Shown here piece by piece: positions 57,124-64,000 of a DNA stretch of 64,000 bases. Source of the DNA: Chlorobiota bacterium (GTDB lineage: Bacteria > Bacteroidota > Ignavibacteria > OLB7); contig JAQBOZ010000020.1 in the NCBI GenBank assembly GCA_028287785.1, forward strand, positions 66,738-130,737, in the 5' to 3' direction. Numbering within the stretch: position 1 is the first letter of the stretch; each line of letters opens with the position of its first letter. The position numbers and the translations under genes are program-made. A model generated the notes under the pieces. The model saw only the letters and a program-made list of their open reading frames with translations. It was not told the DNA's origin and did no database searches.

Positions 57124-58393
57124 TCTCTCCCTCCACTATCTTACGGAACAATGAAGATGATCCAACAAATGGAATTGCACCATATCTACCTTGGAGGTAT
57201 CCACGCCGCAAGTTCTCGTTTGGGCGAGTCTTAAAGTCTGACAGCGGATAGAGGTCGGTCGCGCCTGAAGCGTCCTTCTCCGTAAACCAAATTTGATCTC
57301 TCCGAAGTAAATCGGGATCAAGTAGCGTTGAATCGTGTGTACTGAAAATTAGTTGAGCGCCATTATCATTCTCATCAGCATTAACAAGTTCGATGATGTG
57401 CCGAGCTACAATAGGATGCAAACTTGCTTCGAGTTCATCAACAAGAAGAACGCCGCCATTTTCAATCTGGTTAATTAACGGCCCTAGAAGGGATAGGTAA
57501 GCTCGTGTCCCATCGGATTCATCTTCAAGAGGAAGCGATACTGAATCTCCACTTCCGGTAGAATGGCGTAACGTTGCAGAGGGGATCATTTGTCCCTTCA
57601 TTGTAGTCGGTGGCGCGTGAATAATATCTGCCATCTGAAAATACGCCTTCATATGCTCTGCCATATCCCTATCGGCTGTATCCATCCCTACTATGCCAAG
57701 ATCGGCCATTGTAAGTAGTTTGGCAATGATTTCACCATACTCTGGCTTCTTGCATCGATCCAATGTGTGCAATCTATGCAGCTCACGCGTCTCATTTCGA
57801 AGGAATAGAACTTGACGCTGAAACCAGTTATATACTGGAACAAGCTCCTCGTTGCCATTCTGTACAGCGGCCGACAGAAACAAGCTATTTGTCCGAGTGA
57901 GCTTTGTTAACGAAGCACGTCCGGCAATTCGGCGTTTGAATTCAAACTGATTACCAGGTGACCGTCTAAACCATTCCTGCCGCACCTTGTTAGGATAAGC
58001 ATATAGCCACTCTGAAAGTATTGAGGTTGAATCCTGTTCGAATCCATACTTGTAGCGTACACCGCCTATGATAGCGTCAACTTCAAAGGCTGATGGGGCA
58101 CCGTTGAATGCAGGGTCTAATTTGAACGGGAAGTATGGGATTGGCCCATCAACGCTCCAGTCTTTATGGGAGTGGACTACAGCTAGCCGCATATAGGATA
58201 AGGCCCGAAGCATATTGGTCTTGCCTGAAGCGTTAGGCCCGTAAATAGCGGCTGCTTTGACTAAGTTGACGCCAATACGCTCCTTGGTGGGAATAATCGA
58301 CATGACCCCCCCTTGCAGAGGGCTAGCTACCAAGGTTAGTTCTTTCTCGTCTCGGATGGACCTATAGTTGCGGACGCGAAAGCTAATAAGCAT
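57107..58393 (-). CDS. AAA-family ATPase (AAA_21/AAA_15 type; RloA/AbiLi-like)
   Basis: Walker A YGPNASGKTN. ABC/SMC-like Walker B/D-loop VLLVDELEASLHP. About 428 aa. Immediately upstream of and overlapping the RloB-like gene. Confidence 0.8.
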   Translation of the reverse strand: MLISFRVRNYRSIRDEKELTLVASPLQGGVMSIIPTKERIGVNLVKAAAIYGPNASGKTNMLRALSYMRLAVVHSHKDWSVDGPIPYFPFKLDPAFNGAPSAFEVDAIIGGVRYKYGFEQDSTSILSEWLYAYPNKVRQEWFRRSPGNQFEFKRRIAGRASLTKLTRTNSLFLSAAVQNGNEELVPVYNWFQRQVLFLRNETRELHRLHTLDRCKKPEYGEIIAKLLTMADLGIVGMDTADRDMAEHMKAYFQMADIIHAPPTTMKGQMIPSATLRHSTGSGDSVSLPLEDESDGTRAYLSLLGPLINQIENGGVLLVDELEASLHPIVARHIIELVNADENDNGAQLIFSTHDSTLLDPDLLRRDQIWFTEKDASGATDLYPLSDFKTRPNENLRRGYLQGRYGAIPFVGSSSLFRKIVEGESEAKS

Positions 58394-58541
58394 AAGGTGA
58401 CCTGAGATAGGATTAGACGATATTGCGGACTAGACGCAATTTAGGTAAGAAAGTTGCAATTATCCAATGTAGATCGCATTACTATGCAATGATGGATGCT
58501 ATCGCCTCGTCCAAAGCAATCTGAACGAGGCGATACCCTCG

Positions 58542-58754
58542 CTACCCCCGCTCCAACTCCCCCGCGATACTCGCAAGCTCATCGCTCACATAGTCGCAAA
58601 GCCACGTCCGTTCCCCTAGCTCTGTAGAGTAGTCGCGGCCTGCCACATCGAACGAATCACGTAAACAGCCGACGAACGACCGGATACGGTGGAGGCGATC
58701 CACGGGATCAAGCGGGGGATCGGGAGATGATGGTGTGATTTCTGAATGGTCCAT
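58542..58754 (-). CDS. Small hypothetical protein inside the IS element
   Basis: 70-aa ORF between the ATPase gene and the right TIR. No recognisable motif. Confidence 0.3.
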   Translation of the reverse strand: MDHSEITPSSPDPPLDPVDRLHRIRSFVGCLRDSFDVAGRDYSTELGERTWLCDYVSDELASIAGELERG

Positions 58755-58960
58755 AGTGCATTTAGATGAAGATAATCCCGACTGTTATCTACGTCGCACT
58801 AACAACGCTCCGAGCCTCGCGGACATCGGAACAGTCGGGATAGAAGGAAGAATCAGAGGCGCGTCATTGCGCTGTCAGTGCTACGTGACGCGGCCAATGT
58901 AGACGACTGAAATATACCGGCAATGGATCGTATACAGTTGAATCTAACCTTTTTTTCGGT

Positions 58961-58983
58961 GGTGAGTCAAGTATATAAATGCC
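58961..58983. repeat. Right terminal inverted repeat of the IS1595-family element
   Basis: ggtgagtcaagtatataaatgcc, followed by target-site duplication atattaaa (58984..58991). Confidence 0.75.
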
Positions 58984-59128
58984 ATATTAAACGCTACAAT
59001 TGCGCGCTCACGATGGAGAGATGGCGACCGATTCCGACCGGAACGGCCCGGCTCAACCTTCCCCGCCAATGTGCATCGAACGAACAATGACCGGACAAAC
59101 AGAACCCTTATCAGTGCCGAACAGAACC

Positions 59129-60112
59129 ATGAGCCCATTCGCCTTTCAACTGTTCGCCCTTACGCTCCTCCTCCTTTCGGGCGGGCACGCGGCGGCGCAG
59201 CAGGATACATCGATCGTCCGCATCGACACGCTCAAACCGAATGTGGGGAGCGCATTCACCGTCGAGAAGATCGACGGCAGGGTCGATCCCCGCTTCCGCC
59301 ACCTGATCAAGCGCCTGGCCGATGATGGCTGGCCGGAACAGTGGGTGGTGGCGCGCTTCACCGATAAACGCACCGTCTACATCCCGAAGATGGCGACGAT
59401 CAAACCGCGGAAGGAGGGGGCGACAATCACCTCCGATCACTCCGCCTATGCGTGGGTGAACACCGAGGAATCGGCCCAGGCGTGCAGGACGTTTATCGCG
59501 AAGTACGAGCCGATCATGGCCGAGGCGGAGAAGCGCTACGGGGTGGACCGCGAGACGATCGCCGCGTTGATGCGCTGCGAAACCCGCCACGGCACCGTCA
59601 CCGGCGATTACCATGTCTTCAGCGTCTACGCATCGATGGCGCTGATGGGAGAACAGAGCGTGGTTGATACGATGGTGGGACGCGCGAAGCAGCAGCTCAC
59701 CGCGGAGAAGGCCAGCGCCAGGTGGATCGCGTCGGAGGCCGAGCGTATCCGCAACCGCGCGGACAACCGTTCCAGCTGGGCGTACAAGGAGCTGGTGAAC
59801 ATGCTGAAGATCGATCGGAGCGGCTCGGCCGATGCCCTCTCGATCTACGGCTCCTGGGCCGGCGCGTTCGGCTGGTCGCAGTTCCTCCCCTCCTCCTACC
59901 TCCGCAGCGCGGTCGATGGCAATGGCGATCACAAGATCGATCTGTTCAACCCGGCCGATGCCATCCACTCGGTGGCGAACTATCTGAGCAAGGCGGGGTT
60001 CAGGATCGACAACACCGCCAGCCAGGCAAAGGCGATCAGGAGCTACAACAACTCCGGCCCCTACGTGGAATCGATCATGGCGCTCGCCGCCCGCGTCCGG
60101 AAGCATGACTGA
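59129..60112 (+). CDS. Lytic murein transglycosylase (MltB/SLT_2-like)
   Basis: ATG at 59129 (MSPFAFQLFALTLLLLSGGHAAAQ signal peptide); the track ORF begins at a TTG at 59000, 9 nt after the IS target-site duplication. Catalytic-region motifs (ETRHGTVTGDYHVFSVYAS; GAFGWSQFLPSSY). Confidence 0.75.
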   Translation: MSPFAFQLFALTLLLLSGGHAAAQQDTSIVRIDTLKPNVGSAFTVEKIDGRVDPRFRHLIKRLADDGWPEQWVVARFTDKRTVYIPKMATIKPRKEGATITSDHSAYAWVNTEESAQACRTFIAKYEPIMAEAEKRYGVDRETIAALMRCETRHGTVTGDYHVFSVYASMALMGEQSVVDTMVGRAKQQLTAEKASARWIASEAERIRNRADNRSSWAYKELVNMLKIDRSGSADALSIYGSWAGAFGWSQFLPSSYLRSAVDGNGDHKIDLFNPADAIHSVANYLSKAGFRIDNTASQAKAIRSYNNSGPYVESIMALAARVRKHD

Positions 60113-60148
60113 GCAGGCGACTCCTCCGGGCATCCGGCGGAGGGGGAG

Positions 60149-60721
60149 ATGACCCCGGTCGATCTGCTGGCGGGCCTCCCCCCGATCGACCTTGAAAACT
60201 TCACTCTCCGGGGCATCCCGCTGGCCGACGTGCTCCGCGCGATCGAGATGATCGACAGGGAGGAGACGGCATCGGTCCTCTTCCGGGAGGCGCATTTCGG
60301 CGGCGGCATATCGCAGAGCCTTACCGGCGCCATCGAGGAATACGAGCGCCACCACCCGCCGCCGTGGGGCGCATACAGCCGCTCCGATGGGCTGCTGGCC
60401 GGCATCTGCTCCATCCTCGAATGGAATATCCGCCACTCGGCCGTGGAGATACTCCCCCTTCTTTTCCCCCGCTACAGAACCGCGACGAACGGCGTGGAGA
60501 TCGTGCGCGGCATGGCCGATTTCGCCTTCCGGTGCATCGAGGCCAATCGCGTCTGGCTTCCGTGCGATCCCGCCGATGCATTCACATCCGCCGCCGCCGC
60601 CGGCGCGGGGCTCGGCCCGGAGGCACATCTCGAAGAATATCTCAGAATCGGCGACGGCTATCACGATATCACTATCTTTACCATGACGCGGGATGAATGG
60701 GCGCCATCCAGTGCGGAATGA
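60149..60721 (+). CDS. GNAT-like protein, divergent paralogue of the downstream acetyltransferase
   Basis: N-terminus LLAGLPPIDLENFTLRGIPLADV parallels FGDLPPIPTERLLLRKLRLEDA of the next gene. C-terminal RVWLPCDPAD...YHDITIFTMTRDEW parallels RIEARCEAVN...YRDLKMYAILRRDW. The acetyl-CoA-binding motif is degenerate. Confidence 0.4.
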   Translation: MTPVDLLAGLPPIDLENFTLRGIPLADVLRAIEMIDREETASVLFREAHFGGGISQSLTGAIEEYERHHPPPWGAYSRSDGLLAGICSILEWNIRHSAVEILPLLFPRYRTATNGVEIVRGMADFAFRCIEANRVWLPCDPADAFTSAAAAGAGLGPEAHLEEYLRIGDGYHDITIFTMTRDEWAPSSAE

Positions 60722-60773
60722 TCGTCCGGCCCGGCGTACACGGCGGTTTTTCGAACGTTGAGGAATAACACGG

Positions 60774-61349
60774 ATGAGGATCGAGCATGTCTTCGGCGAT
60801 CTCCCCCCCATCCCCACCGAACGCCTTCTCCTCAGGAAGCTCAGGCTGGAGGATGCCGCCGACGTTTTCGATTACGCGAGCGACCCTGAGGTCTCCCGGT
60901 ATGTTGTGTGGGATACGCACAATTCCATCGAGGACTCGCGCGGTTTTCTGGCGGCGACGATCGAACAGTACCGGAACGGCCACGTTTCGAGCTGGGGAAT
61001 CGAGCTGCGATCGACCGGGCGCGTGATCGGGACGATCGGCTTCGTCTACTGGAATATCGACCATGCGCGCACGGAGATCGGCTATGCGATGCACCGGCGG
61101 GACTGGGGAAAGGGGCTGATGACCGAGGCGGTCCGCGGGGTCATCGATTTCGGGTTCGCGACGATGGAGCTGAACCGGATCGAGGCGCGCTGCGAGGCCG
61201 TCAACACCGGCTCCTGGCGCGTGATGGAAAAGGCGGGGATGACATTCGAAGGCATCCTCCGCCAGCAGATGTACGTCAAGGGATCGTACCGCGATCTGAA
61301 AATGTACGCGATCCTCCGGCGGGACTGGCCGGAGGCCCGGCGCGATTGA
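60774..61349 (+). CDS. GNAT-family N-acetyltransferase (RimJ/RimL-like)
   Basis: TERLLLRKLRLEDAADVFDYASDPEVSRYV...; acetyl-CoA motif RRDWGKGLMTEAVRGVIDFGF...NRIEARCEAVNTGSWRVMEKAGMTFEGILRQ. Confidence 0.8.
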   Translation: MRIEHVFGDLPPIPTERLLLRKLRLEDAADVFDYASDPEVSRYVVWDTHNSIEDSRGFLAATIEQYRNGHVSSWGIELRSTGRVIGTIGFVYWNIDHARTEIGYAMHRRDWGKGLMTEAVRGVIDFGFATMELNRIEARCEAVNTGSWRVMEKAGMTFEGILRQQMYVKGSYRDLKMYAILRRDWPEARRD

Positions 61350-61384
61350 ACGCACGGCAGATGTTAACGCACGGATACCCGACC

Positions 61385-63370
61385 ATGAATGCTCGTCATA
61401 TACTGATCCTGGGGCTTCTCGCGATCTCCGTTTCGATCGCCAGAGCGCAGTTGCCTCACCCGGCCCTCTCCACGCCGATCTCCGGCCCGCTCGACTACAC
61501 GCCGCAGGCGTTCGACGTGATCCATTACGACGCGCGGCTCGATCTGACGGCGGCGCCGCAGAAGACCATGAGCGGCGCATGCACCATCACGATCGTCTGG
61601 GTGAAGGACCCATCGTCCGGCCCGTTCTATTTCCATCTCCGCGATCTCCAGATCACCGCCGCCTATTACAACGCGGCGATGGCGACGCCGGTGGTGGAGG
61701 GGACGCCGGAATCGGCCACGTACCACTACAGAATCGATCCGCCGCCAACGGCAAGGGCCGGCGATACGGCCAGGATCACGATCGAGTACAACGGCACCAT
61801 GACCGATGAACTCGGCGACGGCTACTGGGGTGGCGTCAGCTCATCGGACAGCGCGGTCTTCGCGATGGGCGTCGGCTTCTACAACAACTACGTCTCCTCC
61901 ACGGAGCACTGGCTCCCCTGCTACGACCATCCCTCCGACAAGGCGACCTTCCGGGGCCGGTTCCGCGTGCGGAAGGGGTTTGCCGTGGCGTCGAACGGGC
62001 TGGTGACGGTTACGCCGGAGAGCGACAGCACGACCGTCTACGACTGGCGCACCGATATCCCGTGCGCCACCTATCTCCTCACCTTCGCCGCCGGCAGGTA
62101 CGTGCCGCTGGATATCGCGGGGGCGCCGGTGCCGATGGTGGTCTACTCCCGCACCCGCGATACCGCCGCCACGCGCAAATCCTTCAGGCTCCTTCCAAGG
62201 ATGGTGGATGCGTTCGCGCGCCGGTTCGGGCCGTATCCGTTCGAGAAGGTCGGCTATGTCAACACGACGCTCGGGGCGATGGAACATCAGACAATGGTCT
62301 CCTTCAACACCAGCCTCTCGCAGTCCGGCGATACCGTCAACTCCACCGGCGCGCACGAGCTTTCCCACCAGTGGTTCGGCGATCTGGTCTCCCCGCGCGA
62401 TTTCCGGAACGCATGGCTGAACGAGAGCTTCGCGGTCTTCTGCGAAACGATCTGGGCGGAGGAGCTGAAGGGACACGCCGGCTATCTGGACGCGCAGGAG
62501 AAGGCGCGGAACCGCTATATCAGGACCGTCGCGAAGAGCGAGGGGATCATGCCGCTCTACGATTTCCCCCGCGCGAAGCCCTCCTCCAACTACCCCGAGA
62601 CCATCTATCAGAAAGGGGGAGTTGTCGTCGGCATGCTCCGGTATGAGCTGGGGGATTCACTCTTCTTCGCCTCCATGCGGGACTACCTGCACCGCTTCAG
62701 CTACGGCGTCTCCACCACCGATTCTCTTCGGGCGGTGCTGGAGCAGGACGCCGGACGCTCGCTCGGATGGTTCTTCGATCAATGGGTCTATCAGAAGGGC
62801 TGGCCGGTCCTCAACCTGACATCGCGGTCGGGGCCGTCGGCAGGAGGGCTGAATCGCGTGAGCGTAAAACTACAGCAGGTGCAGACGGTCGGGCCGGCGG
62901 TATTTACGCGGCTTCCGGTGGAGCTTGGCTTTGTCGGCGCCGGAGGCGTCACCACCTACAGAATGGTCACGATGATGAACGGCGTGGAGGAGGCCACGTT
63001 CGATTCCATTCCCCCCTTCACCAGCATCACCGTCAACAAGGGGCCGTCCGTCAGGGCGCTGCTCGAGGCGGGAGCGGTGGCGGGAGTGGAGAGCGGTGCC
63101 CTGCATCCCGATTCGGCGGCGGTGGAGTTTATCGTGCGACCGAACCCGGTCAGGCGTGAAAACGCCCTCTCGGTGGAGGCGCATGGCGCGTCCGACTGCA
63201 CCGGAATCGACTACGCGGTCTACGATTCCTCCGGCCGGAAGCTGGCGGTGGGCCACAGCGAAACCTGCCTCTTCACCATCCCGGTCGCGGGGCTGGCATC
63301 GGGGGCGCATGTGATCAGATTCACATTGAAGGGGCTATCCTACGATGTCCCGGCAATCATCACGCGATAA
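61385..63370 (+). CDS. M1-family zinc aminopeptidase with T9SS C-terminal sorting domain
   Basis: ATG at 61385 with signal peptide; the track ORF begins upstream at 60908. GAMEH exopeptidase motif. HELSHQWFGDLVS...WLNESFA (HEXXH-X18-E). C-terminal Por tail (VRPNPVRRENALSVEA...GLASGAHVIRFTLKG). Confidence 0.85.
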   Translation: MNARHILILGLLAISVSIARAQLPHPALSTPISGPLDYTPQAFDVIHYDARLDLTAAPQKTMSGACTITIVWVKDPSSGPFYFHLRDLQITAAYYNAAMATPVVEGTPESATYHYRIDPPPTARAGDTARITIEYNGTMTDELGDGYWGGVSSSDSAVFAMGVGFYNNYVSSTEHWLPCYDHPSDKATFRGRFRVRKGFAVASNGLVTVTPESDSTTVYDWRTDIPCATYLLTFAAGRYVPLDIAGAPVPMVVYSRTRDTAATRKSFRLLPRMVDAFARRFGPYPFEKVGYVNTTLGAMEHQTMVSFNTSLSQSGDTVNSTGAHELSHQWFGDLVSPRDFRNAWLNESFAVFCETIWAEELKGHAGYLDAQEKARNRYIRTVAKSEGIMPLYDFPRAKPSSNYPETIYQKGGVVVGMLRYELGDSLFFASMRDYLHRFSYGVSTTDSLRAVLEQDAGRSLGWFFDQWVYQKGWPVLNLTSRSGPSAGGLNRVSVKLQQVQTVGPAVFTRLPVELGFVGAGGVTTYRMVTMMNGVEEATFDSIPPFTSITVNKGPSVRALLEAGAVAGVESGALHPDSAAVEFIVRPNPVRRENALSVEAHGASDCTGIDYAVYDSSGRKLAVGHSETCLFTIPVAGLASGAHVIRFTLKGLSYDVPAIITR

Positions 63371-63492
63371 CAGACTGTTGAAGGACGTCATCTGCTGCGT
63401 TGGCCTTCACCGTCGCTCATTGCGGCGTCCGGGAGGACGCCTCATTCGCTCAGGTTCGGCCGCCTTGCAGCTGATCGTCCTTGAACAGTCTG
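63371..63492. repeat. 122-bp miniature inverted-repeat element (17-bp TIRs), inverted copy of 39576..39709
   Basis: cagactgttgaaggacg ... cgtccttgaacagtctg. Its reverse complement is more than 90% identical to the 39576..39709 element and lacks that copy's 12-bp internal duplication. Begins 1 bp after the aminopeptidase stop. Confidence 0.55.
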
Positions 63493-63555
63493 CGGCATCG
63501 AAAGTAGTTCAACAGCCTGATAAGACGGCCGCAGAATCTTAAACGGAATGATCCG

Positions 63556-64000
63556 ATGACATCGAACGAGCTTGCCAGCCATATCGACCACACGGCCCTG
63601 AAGCCGGGGACGACCGATACGGAGATACGAACGCTCTGCGAGGAGGCGCACCTGTTCGGGTTCGCGACGGTCTGCGTGATGCCCTACTATATCCCGCTCG
63701 CCTGCGCGGTGCTGGAGGGTCTTGGCTCGCAGGTGGCGCTCTGCGCGCCGGTCGGCTTCCCGAACGGGCTTCATCAGACAGTGCTGAAGGTCGCCGAGAC
63801 GAAGAAGGCGATGCACGACGGAGCGCGGGAGATCGATATGGTGATGAACGTCGGCGCGTTGAAATCGGGGCACGATCGGGTGGTGATGGCCGATATCCTC
63901 GCCGTGGTGATGGCCGCGCGCGAGGGGGGAGCCATCGTGAAGGTGATTCTGGAAACCGCCCTGCTGAACGATGAGGAGAAGCGGCTGGCGTGCGAGCTGG
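63556..64000 (+). CDS. deoC: Deoxyribose-phosphate aldolase; 3' end lies outside the window
   Basis: IDHTALKPGTTDTEI..., FATVCVMPYYI, catalytic-Lys region VKVILETALL; DeoC family. Not in the ORF track because it runs off the window end. Confidence 0.8.
   Translation, partial: MTSNELASHIDHTALKPGTTDTEIRTLCEEAHLFGFATVCVMPYYIPLACAVLEGLGSQVALCAPVGFPNGLHQTVLKVAETKKAMHDGAREIDMVMNVGALKSGHDRVVMADILAVVMAAREGGAIVKVILETALLNDEEKRLACEL

Larger units (their letters stand above)
55291..58983. mobile_element. 3.7-kb IS1595-family transposable element carrying passenger genes (RloB-like plus AAA-ATPase defence pair), flanked by an 8-bp target-site duplication
   Basis: 23-bp TIRs at both ends. Perfect 8-bp direct repeat atattaaa at 55283..55290 and 58984..58991. 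IS1595-type transposase inside. Passenger region is strongly AT-richer than the host DNA. Confidence 0.75.

Noticed and set aside
1-64000. CRISPR arrays, tRNA and rRNA genes
   Set aside because: No regularly spaced direct repeats and no tRNA-like T-loop or acceptor patterns were seen. The short repeats present are palindromic and dispersed, not arrayed.

Overview
High-GC (about 63-65% by eye) bacterial chromosome segment. Its gene content points to a member of the Fibrobacteres-Chlorobi-Bacteroidetes (FCB) group that uses a type IX secretion system (T9SS). At least five secreted proteins end in T9SS C-terminal sorting domains: a GH44 glycoside hydrolase, a glycosidase-like protein with Ig-like repeats, an LVIVD-repeat protein, a five-repeat protein and an M1 aminopeptidase. 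The taxon is an inference only. Housekeeping genes present: maeB, purB, glnA with an Lrp/AsnC regulator, eda, a 1-Cys peroxiredoxin, valS, arfB, type-II NADH dehydrogenase, deoC, plus an MFS transporter, a CDF transporter and a TonB-dependent receptor. Accessory content: (1) a 3.7-kb IS1595-family element with 23-bp terminal inverted repeats and an 8-bp target-site duplication that carries an AT-rich AAA-ATPase/RloB gene pair resembling the AbiL defence system; (2) a minus-strand operon of a TAT-signal Rieske lipoprotein, an outer-membrane beta-barrel with an N-terminal CXXCH haem motif (a possible Cyc2-like fused cytochrome-porin), YceI and a small membrane protein; (3) an archaic (sigma-fimbriae/Csu-like) chaperone-usher pilus operon with two spore-coat-U-domain pilins, a PapD-like chaperone and a putative usher; (4) a type III polyketide synthase neighbourhood; (5) several families of intergenic repeats, including two about 300-bp palindromic MITE-like elements and a 17-bp-TIR miniature element in two inverted copies. 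No rRNA, tRNA or CRISPR array was recognised. Many long ORFs in the supplied track are antisense or off-frame artefacts of GC-rich sequence and were not called. The ORF track also accepts TTG/GTG starts, so several called starts were moved to ATG codons checked in the sequence.
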